From Marine Group II euryarchaeote MED-G37 (lineage in GTDB: Archaea > Thermoplasmatota > Poseidoniia > Poseidoniales > Thalassarchaeaceae): 64,000 nucleotides of DNA. Position numbers and translations under genes: made by a program. The DNA is taken from the NCBI GenBank assembly GCA_002457555.1, contig NTJQ01000005.1:28335-92334 (forward strand), given 5' to 3'. The notes beneath the pieces were generated by a model. It searched no databases. It was not told the origin of the DNA and saw nothing but the letters and a program-made list of their open reading frames with translations. Positions 34,895 to 44,114 of this stretch are shown in pieces. The number at the start of each line of letters is the position of its first letter. Within the stretch, counting starts at the first letter, position 1.

Positions 34895-36664
34895 ATGAGG
34901 GTGGCAATACTTCTTGAGGAGCGTTGTAAACCTAACAGCAACGCATTTGCATATTTGAAGAAATATTCCGAAATGTGTGATAGAGATTGTATTCAAGTAA
35001 ATGGCAATAAATGTAGAATTCTTGAAACCGCTTGCCCTGTGTGCTTCACTAGAGCTAAACACTGTCCCGATGATGCTGTAAAAATTATCAATTTACCAGA
35101 AGAATTAGACACGGATTTAACACATAGTTATGGGGAAAATTCATTCAAATTATTTCGGCTACCTTCTCCTAAACAGGAGCAAATTGTGGGTATTCTAGGA
35201 CCTAACGGGATTGGAAAATCAACTGCAATAAATTTGCTATCAGGTACATTTACGCCTAATCTCGGGGATTGGAGAAATCCAAGCCCACAATGGGAAGATG
35301 TAATCACAACCTTTCCCAGAGGCGAGTTAAGGGATTATCTCGGACTTGTTGCAAAGGAAGAGGTAAGAATCGCCGTAAAACCACAGTACATCGATAAGCT
35401 TCCCAAAATCTTCCAAGGAAAGGTGATAGATTTACTCGAGAGAGTTGACGAAAGAAACGAAGTACCTCATTTTAGTAGGATAATGGGTATCGACCATATT
35501 TTGGAAAGGAATCTTGAGGCTTTGTCTGGTGGAGAATTACAACGTGTTGCAATTTGTGCAACGCTTCTGAAAGAAGCCGACGTGTACTTTTTCGATGAGC
35601 CCTCTTCTTACTTGGATATTTATGAAAGAATGAGGATGGTAGGAGTTGTCAGAGAATTAACAGAGAGAGGAAACAGAGTTCTGGTAGTGGAACACGATTT
35701 GGCCATACTTGATGTTCTGTGCGATTTAATTCACGTAATATACGGTGATCGATCCGCTTATGGGATTTTCACACCTCCTAGAACAACTAGGACTGCAATA
35801 AACGCATATTTAGACGGTTATCTTCCAGAAGAAAACATTCGTATTCGTGATAAGCCAATCAAATTCCTAAGAGGACGCGATAGGGGAATGGATATTGGAA
35901 CTCCAATATTACAATGGGGGGATATGCAGAAAAAATTGGGCGATTTTGAACTAAAAACTGGAACTGGAGAAGTTCGTAGCGCCGAGGTTGTTGGTGTTGT
36001 CGGACCGAATGCGACTGGAAAGACTACGATGGTCAAGATGATTGCCGGGGAGTTAGAACCAGATCAAGGATGGTGCACAATGGAAGCTACCATCTCTTAC
36101 AAACCACAGCACGTCAATACAGATTTTGATGGTAGCGTTCAAGACTGGCTTGATACAGAACTTGGAGCCAAGTGGCGTAGCGGTGAATTTCACACTCAAG
36201 TTGTAAGGCCGTTGCAAGTCGATCAATTGTTACAACTACGCGCCAAGAAATTGTCTGGGGGCGAGTTACAGGCTGTTAGCATTGTAATTTGTCTTGGAAA
36301 AGAAGCCGACTTATACCTTCTAGACGAGCCGAGTGCTCACTTAGACGCAAATGCAAGAATGGAGGCAGCAAAAGCAATCAGAAGGACTATGGAAAGCAAT
36401 GAAAAAGCCGCGATGGTAATAGACCATGACATTTATTTCATTGATATTGTCTCAGATTCATTATTAGTATTCAATGGATTAGGCGGCTCATATGGTAATG
36501 CAGAAGGGCCTATGTCTGCCAGGAAAGGAATGAATAAATTCCTAAAAGATGTTGAAGTTACTTTTCGTAGGGATCACGAATCACATAGACCTAGGATAAA
36601 CAAGCCTGATAGTCGCAAAGATCGTGAACAAAAGGCTAGCGGAGAATATTTCTATCTTGAATAG
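34895..36664 (+). CDS. ABCE1 / RNase L inhibitor-type ribosome-recycling ATPase
   Basis: N-terminal Cys-rich FeS domain (CKP...MCDRDC...CRILETACPVCFTRAKHCPDDAV). IINLPEEL and FKLFRLPSP bridge to two ABC NBDs (GILGPNGIGKST ... LSGGELQRV ... VYFFDEPSS; second NBD GVVGPNATGKTT ... LSGGELQAV ... LYLLDEPSAHLD). Collinear with archaeal ABCE1. Confidence 0.85.
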   Translation: MRVAILLEERCKPNSNAFAYLKKYSEMCDRDCIQVNGNKCRILETACPVCFTRAKHCPDDAVKIINLPEELDTDLTHSYGENSFKLFRLPSPKQEQIVGILGPNGIGKSTAINLLSGTFTPNLGDWRNPSPQWEDVITTFPRGELRDYLGLVAKEEVRIAVKPQYIDKLPKIFQGKVIDLLERVDERNEVPHFSRIMGIDHILERNLEALSGGELQRVAICATLLKEADVYFFDEPSSYLDIYERMRMVGVVRELTERGNRVLVVEHDLAILDVLCDLIHVIYGDRSAYGIFTPPRTTRTAINAYLDGYLPEENIRIRDKPIKFLRGRDRGMDIGTPILQWGDMQKKLGDFELKTGTGEVRSAEVVGVVGPNATGKTTMVKMIAGELEPDQGWCTMEATISYKPQHVNTDFDGSVQDWLDTELGAKWRSGEFHTQVVRPLQVDQLLQLRAKKLSGGELQAVSIVICLGKEADLYLLDEPSAHLDANARMEAAKAIRRTMESNEKAAMVIDHDIYFIDIVSDSLLVFNGLGGSYGNAEGPMSARKGMNKFLKDVEVTFRRDHESHRPRINKPDSRKDREQKASGEYFYLE

Positions 36665-36723
36665 TGTTTGAAGGAACCATCTGGACCATTGGATTCTTGA
36701 ATGGCCGACAAAACCGCTAGACC

Positions 36724-37218
36724 ATGCCTGATGATGAGTCGGAAGACGTCGGAGAGAAAGAAGAACTCGAAGATGAGATGACTATGCTCGAGGCAAAGGT
36801 CGCTGAACTTGAGAAGGAATTACAGTACTCTCAAGCTGAAACTGCTAACGCTAGGCAAAGAGGAGTGAGGGATAGAGCCCAAGCAATACGATTCGGAGCC
36901 GCCGGATTGGCCTCTCGAATTATACCGGCAATCGATTCCTTGGAGAAAGCAATAGCAAATGAAAATAGTGACAATGAGGCAATCGCAAATGGTGTAAAGA
37001 TGACGCTTGATTCTCTGAAGAAAGCCCTTGAATCCGAAGGCGTCACTATTCTAGAGGCAACTGGTAAGGTATTCGATCCAACACAAATGGAAGCAATTGC
37101 TACTGTTCCAGTACAAGATGGGCAAGAATCCGGTGAGGTTGTTGAAGAAATTGAATCGGGATATATGCTGCACGACAGGGTTCTGAGACCTGCGAAAGTA
37201 ATAGTCACCAGTGAATAA
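36724..37218 (+). CDS. grpE: GrpE nucleotide-exchange factor
   Basis: Acidic N-terminus, coiled-coil, then the GrpE core IIPAIDSLEKAI ... EGVTILEATGKVFDPTQMEAIATVPV ... VVEEIESGYMLHDRVLRPAKVIVTS. Confidence 0.7.
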   Translation: MPDDESEDVGEKEELEDEMTMLEAKVAELEKELQYSQAETANARQRGVRDRAQAIRFGAAGLASRIIPAIDSLEKAIANENSDNEAIANGVKMTLDSLKKALESEGVTILEATGKVFDPTQMEAIATVPVQDGQESGEVVEEIESGYMLHDRVLRPAKVIVTSE

Positions 37219-37286
37219 ATTTAGCTCTGATTCCAGAAGTTAATTTATACATCAATTTATATCAAAAATCGCATCCCCCAAAAATA

Positions 37287-38702
37287 ATGCACAAGGTCTC
37301 AAGTAAATTTGCAAAAATGAACTGTTTCTTGCTGCTAGCAATATTGCTTTTGAGTACATCCTACCCTTTTGTGCAAGCACAAAATGAAAACACTCCGGAA
37401 GAAGAAAACATAACTTTTCAATACCACACAATTGCATCTTTAGGAGATAGCACCCTAGGTTCGGACCCTTCTGGCTACAGAGGTCCTTTTGCAAGTGTGC
37501 ACGCAGCTAATTTGATGAATTTAGATTATTACGAGGGCGCAGTTGGTGGAGACAGATCATGGACTCTTATTGACGCAGGAAGGCACACAACAATAGCCGA
37601 AAACTATGGAAATGGTACATTGGTAACCATGATGGTGGGGGCTTGGGACTTTATCGACTCTGATGTTGAGATTATTACTGGTGATTATTCCTTCATCAAT
37701 GAATTGGCTGAAAACATAACAATCATCCTGGATACTTTGGTAGCCTCGGATATAGACGTACTAGTGTGGAATTTACCGAATATGTCGTTTCTACCTTTTT
37801 TGACCCAAATTTTTCCTACAGAACTTCACCATTATTTCACTGAAGCCAGTAATGAGTGGGCAAAACAGCTTAACCACATCGCAGAAAGATATGGCGATGA
37901 TGTGCAAGTTTTCGATTTAATGACCGCCTCTGACGACCTATTACAAAATAAATCCGCTAGAATGATTTTAGGTAACGAGGTAACTAGCCCGCCGATGGTG
38001 TGTGCAAAAAATTGCATAATGGTTGATTCCCTACACCCCACTTCAGTTGGGCAAGGTCTGTTAGCTAACTACATGATGGATGCAATAAATGAAAAGTTCC
38101 CCTCTCCTAATGGTACTTACCCTCTTCTTTCTGGGGAGGAATTACTTTCTCTGACAACGCTAACAAACAACACAGCCGAAGATTCGACGGAGGCCGCCAC
38201 GATTTTTATTGAAGGAGAGATAACGGAAGAGTGCTTCGATTGGGCTGAGTCCACATATCGAGATATGTACGTGACCATAACAATCGACAACGAATATATT
38301 CCCATACCAAGTTATGTTGGGTTCAACACCGAATTATGTAGGCAATCTACGCATGTTATGTATTCAGGAGAGGAGGCTATTCACGTGGTATCCAATGTGG
38401 AAAACATGCTCACTTTGAATCACTTTTTCCAGATATGGGGGGAAAATCTGAGTGCCACCACGTTACTGCACAAAGACACATCGGATGGAGGGGAAATAAC
38501 CTTAGATGTAAACGGATTAAGATATGAAGGAGATTGGGCGGCCATACCTTTGGAGGGTATAATTTCTCTAGATATTGTATACACATCCCCTCCGGCGATG
38601 ACTGTTGAAGAAGATATAGAAGATGATTCATTACCCGGTTTCTCTATGGTTTTGGTTTTGGTATCTACATTTCTGGCAATGGCTGTAATTAGAAGAAAAT
38701 AA
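37287..38702 (+). CDS. Secreted SGNH/GDSL-type hydrolase with PGF-CTERM archaeal sorting signal
   Basis: Signal peptide (MNCFLLLAILLLSTSYPFVQA). GDS(x) block IASLGDSTLG near the N-terminus of the mature protein. The C-terminus LPGFSMVLVLVSTFLAMAVIRRK has a PGF motif, TM helix and basic tail. Confidence 0.6.
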   Translation: MHKVSSKFAKMNCFLLLAILLLSTSYPFVQAQNENTPEEENITFQYHTIASLGDSTLGSDPSGYRGPFASVHAANLMNLDYYEGAVGGDRSWTLIDAGRHTTIAENYGNGTLVTMMVGAWDFIDSDVEIITGDYSFINELAENITIILDTLVASDIDVLVWNLPNMSFLPFLTQIFPTELHHYFTEASNEWAKQLNHIAERYGDDVQVFDLMTASDDLLQNKSARMILGNEVTSPPMVCAKNCIMVDSLHPTSVGQGLLANYMMDAINEKFPSPNGTYPLLSGEELLSLTTLTNNTAEDSTEAATIFIEGEITEECFDWAESTYRDMYVTITIDNEYIPIPSYVGFNTELCRQSTHVMYSGEEAIHVVSNVENMLTLNHFFQIWGENLSATTLLHKDTSDGGEITLDVNGLRYEGDWAAIPLEGIISLDIVYTSPPAMTVEEDIEDDSLPGFSMVLVLVSTFLAMAVIRRK

Positions 38703-38739
38703 TATAATTCATGTATTCTAATTTTAACAGGAGGAAAGA

Positions 38740-40785
38740 ATGAATATGAATGATAGATTAAGCAAATTTGTAACAATAATAATTGTCTGTTCAATGCTAT
38801 TTTCTGGATGTATGAATGAATCGGATGATGGAATTGAAAATGAATCAAACGACGTAGACGATATTCCTGAAATAGAACCAAAACCAGAAGATATTCTGGA
38901 AATAAAAGGTACTGATTTCTGTGATCTTACCAATCAAATCCACTGTATGCTACCTTTTCCATCCGGATTTTTCCTAGATTATGATGAATCACAAATCACG
39001 GATTATAGATTAAACATCACTGGGGAGGCAATACCAGATACAAAATCTGCTCAATCAGAAAATATGGTGATTTTGGATAGACTCGATGGTTTTAGCCCAT
39101 CTACTCAAATATTTACGGCTTTTTCATCTATTCCGGATATAGGCGAAATGGCAGATCAATTCAACATATCTCCATCAATAGAAATCAATCATTCTAGCAT
39201 TTTAATTAATTTAGATACTGGAGAATTTATTCACCACTGGATCGAGTTAGATGCCAGAGCGAAGGATGGCGAAGATACACTGATTTTCGTAAGGACGTTA
39301 CAAGGACTGGATCATGACGCAGCATACGCAGTTGCATTCAGGAATCTAGTCGATGTTAATGGAGAGGCGATTCAGCCTGAAGATGGATTTTTAGCATTAA
39401 GAAATAATCAGACCACAGACTCCATTCAAATTGAAAATCAAAGAGAGGATTACGAATATCTATTCGAAAAACTAGAACAATCTGGGGTGCCTAGAAGTAA
39501 CTTACAATCAGCATGGTGGTTTCACACAGCATCAACTAAATCTATTCTCAAGGATTTGTTTTCAATAAGAGATGATGCTGAGAACAGGTTAGGCGATGTG
39601 GGCATAAGTTGTACAATCACGAACGTTATAGAAGACTATGGTGACGACAACACCGCCCTCAGAGTTATTCAAGGAACAGTAACAACTCCTCAATACATGC
39701 AAACAGAGTACGCAAGGTCACCAATGGTGAGGAATGAAGATGGAGACCCTGTTTTTGTTGAAAATAGAGAAATCGATTTCAGTATGATGATTCCAAAGTC
39801 TCTGGCTGAGAATAATACATCGGGACCCATATCTGTCTTCGGGCATGGACTTTTTGGGGATAGCGATGCATATGTCAAAAATGGTAGGGCCATAGCTAAT
39901 GAATATCAAACCGTTTTACTCGCTACAGATTTCAAAGGATGGAGTTCTGATGGCGATGAGGACGCCATGACCTTTGCATTAATGGATTTGAAGGAATTCC
40001 AATATCAACAAGAGAGACAACTGCAGGCTGTGATTAATCATCTAGCCATGATTAGAACTATCGCAGGAGGTCAATGTGATGAAGAATATTTCAAACATAA
40101 TGGAACCCTCTTAATTGATTATGAAACAATAAATTACATCGGCATCTCTCTTGGGGGATTACGTGGACCCTCTCTTCTTTCAATTATCCCTGAGTTAGAA
40201 TGGGGAGTACTATGGGTTGGTGGGACCTCATTTTCTCATCAAGTAGAGAGGTCGACACATTACGGTTCTGAAGAATTTCCAAGTGTGTTCTACCAGCTTC
40301 TTTCCAGTGAACTATCCCTACCCTCAAGGATGGATAGAGCGATATGTATAGCACTTCTTCAATCGATATGGGATTCTACTGATGGAGAGACATTCCTACC
40401 ATACAGAGAAAATGGCTTTGAAAATTTATTGAAGCCATTTGATATGTTTTATCTCACATCGATGATGGATGCACAAGTAACCACCTTATCCGCTGACCGA
40501 GCCGTCAGAACTGGAAATGTTCCTGTGATTAATGGGTCAGCATATCATCCATTTGGAGTGATGGCAATTGAAGGTCCAATAGAGGGGTCTGCAGCTGCTT
40601 ATTTCGATGGTGATTTCCCCCCCTTACCAACTGGAAATACGAATGGCCCAATGTGGCATCACTCTTTAGCGCATAATCTAGTATTGGAAGTCCCAGAGGC
40701 AAAAATGATGGCTTATGGGTATCTTTTATCAGGTACCTTGGTCGACTATTGCAATCCTAAGTGCACTTTTGAGGGAGACTGGTGA
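38740..40785 (+). CDS. Secreted lipoprotein, alpha/beta-hydrolase-like (GxSxG)
   Basis: Lipobox signal (IIIVCSMLFSGC). Acidic N-terminal linker. VFGHGLFGDS and a nucleophile-elbow-like YIGISLGG block. 681 aa. Confidence 0.5.
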   Translation: MNMNDRLSKFVTIIIVCSMLFSGCMNESDDGIENESNDVDDIPEIEPKPEDILEIKGTDFCDLTNQIHCMLPFPSGFFLDYDESQITDYRLNITGEAIPDTKSAQSENMVILDRLDGFSPSTQIFTAFSSIPDIGEMADQFNISPSIEINHSSILINLDTGEFIHHWIELDARAKDGEDTLIFVRTLQGLDHDAAYAVAFRNLVDVNGEAIQPEDGFLALRNNQTTDSIQIENQREDYEYLFEKLEQSGVPRSNLQSAWWFHTASTKSILKDLFSIRDDAENRLGDVGISCTITNVIEDYGDDNTALRVIQGTVTTPQYMQTEYARSPMVRNEDGDPVFVENREIDFSMMIPKSLAENNTSGPISVFGHGLFGDSDAYVKNGRAIANEYQTVLLATDFKGWSSDGDEDAMTFALMDLKEFQYQQERQLQAVINHLAMIRTIAGGQCDEEYFKHNGTLLIDYETINYIGISLGGLRGPSLLSIIPELEWGVLWVGGTSFSHQVERSTHYGSEEFPSVFYQLLSSELSLPSRMDRAICIALLQSIWDSTDGETFLPYRENGFENLLKPFDMFYLTSMMDAQVTTLSADRAVRTGNVPVINGSAYHPFGVMAIEGPIEGSAAAYFDGDFPPLPTGNTNGPMWHHSLAHNLVLEVPEAKMMAYGYLLSGTLVDYCNPKCTFEGDW

Positions 40786-41400
40786 TTAGCCTACAGGCTC
40801 GCCGCCTTCTCCCATGAAGGCTAGGCGGTGCAGACCATTTGTTTCGATAAGGTGATCCAGGACTGGCATGGGAATTAATGTCCCAAGGACTTCTCGAATT
40901 GCATCTTGATCCCCGATAGTGCTAAGCATCCTGGCAGTTTCTCTGACCCTCCAGCCCTCAAAGCGTTCACGTTTTTCAAGAGGAAGCAGGACCACTTCCC
41001 AGCCAGATGCTGTGTACAACTCCGCTGTACCCATATCCGTAGTAACCAATACACCCGCTTGTCCATGATATCGACTGGCATGAGTCACCCAATTTGGTGG
41101 ATCGTCAATATCGGGAATTGAATAAATCACATAATTTCCAATGGAGTTTGATATGGCCCAAGTTTCAATCATCTGACTTCTTTCTTCATGGGTCCAAGGA
41201 TTTCGCAAATTTTGAGGACGATTAGAAGACCCTATTGCAATAATGAGGGGTGCATTTGGATTGTTTGAATTTCTCCACTTCGACGCCGATTCTAGCATAT
41301 ACTCATGACCAAGATGGAATGGCTGAAACCTACCTAGTACAAGGACTCCTGAATCAGGTTCGCTTTCTGGAGGGGTAGGTTCCAATGGCAAGTCATTCAT
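40786..41400 (-). CDS. nadM: Nicotinamide-nucleotide adenylyltransferase, archaeal NadM type
   Basis: (H/T)xGH nucleotidyltransferase motif GVLVLGRFQPFHLGH. About 205 aa. Start moved to the ATG at 41400, which overlaps the stop of the upstream ORF (ATGA). Confidence 0.65.
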   Translation of the reverse strand: MNDLPLEPTPPESEPDSGVLVLGRFQPFHLGHEYMLESASKWRNSNNPNAPLIIAIGSSNRPQNLRNPWTHEERSQMIETWAISNSIGNYVIYSIPDIDDPPNWVTHASRYHGQAGVLVTTDMGTAELYTASGWEVVLLPLEKRERFEGWRVRETARMLSTIGDQDAIREVLGTLIPMPVLDHLIETNGLHRLAFMGEGGEPVG

Positions 41401-42029
41401 GCTAGAGCCTCCGCTAATTTCCCCCCATCCAAAAGCCATTCTTCTGGTTCTAAATATTCACGGCCAATTAACAAATTTAGACCTTCTTCTTTAGACAATT
41501 CGATGAAATCAAATAGGCTCTCTGTCAGCGATTTATGAGATTCCATTGTGGGTAGGATACGGGGGTCTTCGTCAGGATTCAAGGTATCTCCAAGGTGCTC
41601 TCTCCTTTTCATCCAATCTAGGATGACCGACTCCGAGTATGACTGTCGATCTTTAGTAGAGAGATTAGAGGTTAGCCTCTGCCAAACATCTGCATTTAGG
41701 AATTCATCTGTGTCCTCAAATCTCTCTTCAAGAACTGGTTCGATGTAGAGGAATAGCCTACCATCCCAGCACCTCCATTCAGCAACGCTAGACCAATCAC
41801 ATAGAATCAATGACGCTGCTGCATCTATGTTGCCATTGGATTTGTCCGCCCATTCCAAAAAGTCACCTTCGATATCAACGGAAAACCCCCGGTGAAAACG
41901 AGGGTCTCCCGCCGGCCTCTCGTCTCTAAGACGTCCACTCTCAAAGGCTAGTACAAGTTGCTCTATACTCATTGAGCGTAATCTATTGAGGGCATTAGAG
42001 TCAATCAATCGAAGAATTACGTCGACCAT
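41397..42029 (-). CDS. Hypothetical protein, translationally coupled to nadM
   Basis: 210-aa acidic soluble ORF. Its stop overlaps the nadM start. No recognisable motif. Confidence 0.4.
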   Translation of the reverse strand: MVDVILRLIDSNALNRLRSMSIEQLVLAFESGRLRDERPAGDPRFHRGFSVDIEGDFLEWADKSNGNIDAAASLILCDWSSVAEWRCWDGRLFLYIEPVLEERFEDTDEFLNADVWQRLTSNLSTKDRQSYSESVILDWMKRREHLGDTLNPDEDPRILPTMESHKSLTESLFDFIELSKEEGLNLLIGREYLEPEEWLLDGGKLAEALA

Positions 42030-42167
42030 TGTCTCACCCCAACCAACCCTGTGAGTCGCCCACCATCAATCCTCGCTTCCCGTATTTTACGGCTAATCGC
42101 TACATCGAATTGAAGAACTCCCCCCTAGCGCATAGAATCACCCACTACGAGGGTAGGAGTGTTCGTC

Positions 42168-43283
42168 ATGGCTACCATTGATGAGCAAATCAAGTCTCTC
42201 GAAGAGGAGATTTCTAAAACAAAATACAACAAAGCCACTCAGGGGCATATTGGAAAATTAAAGGCAAAGATTGCCGCACTTAGGGAAAGACAAGAGAAAG
42301 CACAAGCTCACGCCAAATCAAGTGGTGGAGGACCTGGATTTGAAGTCAAGAAATCAGGAGATGCTTCGGTAGCTCTCGTCGGATTCCCTAGTGTTGGAAA
42401 ATCTAGTTTGATTTCACAATTAACTGATGTTGAGTCGGATACTGGTAACTTTGCATTCACTACCTTAACCTGTATTCCTGGAGTACTACACCATCGAGGT
42501 GCTACAATCCAAATTCTTGACCTTCCGGGTCTGATTAAGGGAGCTGCTGAAGGAAAAGGAAGAGGACGAGAGATTCTCAATGTTATTCGGAGCTGTGACA
42601 TGGTGTTGTATGTTATAGATCCTTTTCAAGGTTCTCATTTTGAGATTCTAGACATGGAATTGTGGAGATCGGGGATGAGGCTGAATCAGCCCAAACCTCA
42701 GGTTTTCGTCGATAGAACCGATAGAGGAGGGGTTGTTGTACGTTCGACCCTTGAACAAACCAATCTAACCGAAGAGGAGATTCAAGCCATAATTCGGAGC
42801 TTTGGCATTGTTTCAGCAAACGTCACACTCAGAACCGATGTAACCGATGATCACATCGTAGACACACTTGCAGGGAATAGAATCTACTCTGATGCTGTTG
42901 TGGTACTAAACAAGGTTGATCTAGCTACAGATAAGGACCTCAAGAAGTCTAGAGCTATGTTACCAAAAGATTGGCCTGTTTTGCCTGTATCGGCAAAAAC
43001 AGGCCAAGGTATTGAGGAAATGAAGGACTTCATTTTCGACAACCTACATTTCATGTCAATTTATCTCAAACCACAAGGACAAGATGCGGATTTAGTGGAG
43101 CCACTTATCGTGAAGAACACCTCAACCGTCAGAGATGTTTGCGTGAAATTACATCGAGATTTTGAGAGGAAATTTCGCTATGCTAGAGTAAAGGGCCCGA
43201 GTGCAAAATTCGATTGGCAAAGAGTTGGTCTAGACCATCTATTGAAGGATGAAGATTTGTTGACTATTATTGTAAGAAAGTAA
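42168..43283 (+). CDS. Developmentally regulated GTP-binding protein (DRG/Rbg1-type Obg-family GTPase) with C-terminal TGS domain
   Basis: The N-terminus MATIDEQIKSLEEEISKTKYNKATQGHIGKLKAKIAALR is the DRG hallmark. G1 GFPSVGKSS, G3 DLPG, G4 NKVD. Confidence 0.8.
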   Translation: MATIDEQIKSLEEEISKTKYNKATQGHIGKLKAKIAALRERQEKAQAHAKSSGGGPGFEVKKSGDASVALVGFPSVGKSSLISQLTDVESDTGNFAFTTLTCIPGVLHHRGATIQILDLPGLIKGAAEGKGRGREILNVIRSCDMVLYVIDPFQGSHFEILDMELWRSGMRLNQPKPQVFVDRTDRGGVVVRSTLEQTNLTEEEIQAIIRSFGIVSANVTLRTDVTDDHIVDTLAGNRIYSDAVVVLNKVDLATDKDLKKSRAMLPKDWPVLPVSAKTGQGIEEMKDFIFDNLHFMSIYLKPQGQDADLVEPLIVKNTSTVRDVCVKLHRDFERKFRYARVKGPSAKFDWQRVGLDHLLKDEDLLTIIVRK

Positions 43284-43311
43284 TTTTTCTACTAAATTAA
43301 CAGTTCATGGC

Positions 43312-44109
43312 TTGCGAATCATTCACCTACATGATTCTCCACCGAGTATCGTGGAGGAATCCGGAGACCTGCTCCCTCGAGCAGAAATTAGGGCGGTTTT
43401 CAATCACCTAAGAGTCAGGGCAGTGCTGCTTGTTGGAGTCTTCTTCTTTGGGTTTATTATCGGTTATCCAATAGCAGAATGGATGATTGAAATTCTACTA
43501 GATGCTGAGGGGTATCGTCCAATTGGTGTTGAGATTATAGTACTCCAACCCATGGAAATTATTCTTCTCAAACTTAGAATTGCAAGCCAAATTGCAATCT
43601 TTGCATTGGCCGTCACATTAGTGTGTGATCTTGCATTGAATGGTCGAAAAATAATCGCGGAAGGAAAGCGAGTTGCGATTGAGTCTAGTACAGGAGGATA
43701 TACAAGACTTAGTTTCGCAATTTTAAATATATTAGTTCTAGGAACACTAGGATTTGTTTACGCGCATGAGATACTTATCCCATTCTTGTTAGATTACCTA
43801 GCACAAGATGCTAGCACAGCCGGATTAGACTCGACTTGGCAACTACGCTCTTGGATTGGATTCATCATCGGACTATACATAGGTTCGATAGTAAGTTTTC
43901 AAATTCCATTAGTTCTTGTTATGTTGATTAGAGCCGGAGTATTAGATAGGAATACGGTAACTGATAACCGTTCATTTCTGTGGTTTGGAGCGGCTGTGTT
44001 TGGTGCCTTTGTCTCACCGCCTGATCCACTCTCTATGTTCTTAATCGGTGGCCCTATGCTAGTTATTCTAGAGATTGCTCTATTGTTAGAGCGAATAACC
44101 AGTCGTTAG
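43312..44109 (+). CDS. tatC: Sec-independent protein translocase TatC
   Basis: Six TM helices. FNHLRVRAV aligns to the TatC N-terminal HLxELRxR region. FGAFVSPPDPLSM is the conserved TatC loop motif. The start is a TTG in the ORF track; the alternative GTG at MEESG cannot be excluded. Confidence 0.65.
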   Translation: MRIIHLHDSPPSIVEESGDLLPRAEIRAVFNHLRVRAVLLVGVFFFGFIIGYPIAEWMIEILLDAEGYRPIGVEIIVLQPMEIILLKLRIASQIAIFALAVTLVCDLALNGRKIIAEGKRVAIESSTGGYTRLSFAILNILVLGTLGFVYAHEILIPFLLDYLAQDASTAGLDSTWQLRSWIGFIIGLYIGSIVSFQIPLVLVMLIRAGVLDRNTVTDNRSFLWFGAAVFGAFVSPPDPLSMFLIGGPMLVILEIALLLERITSR

Positions 44110-44114
44110 GTGGC

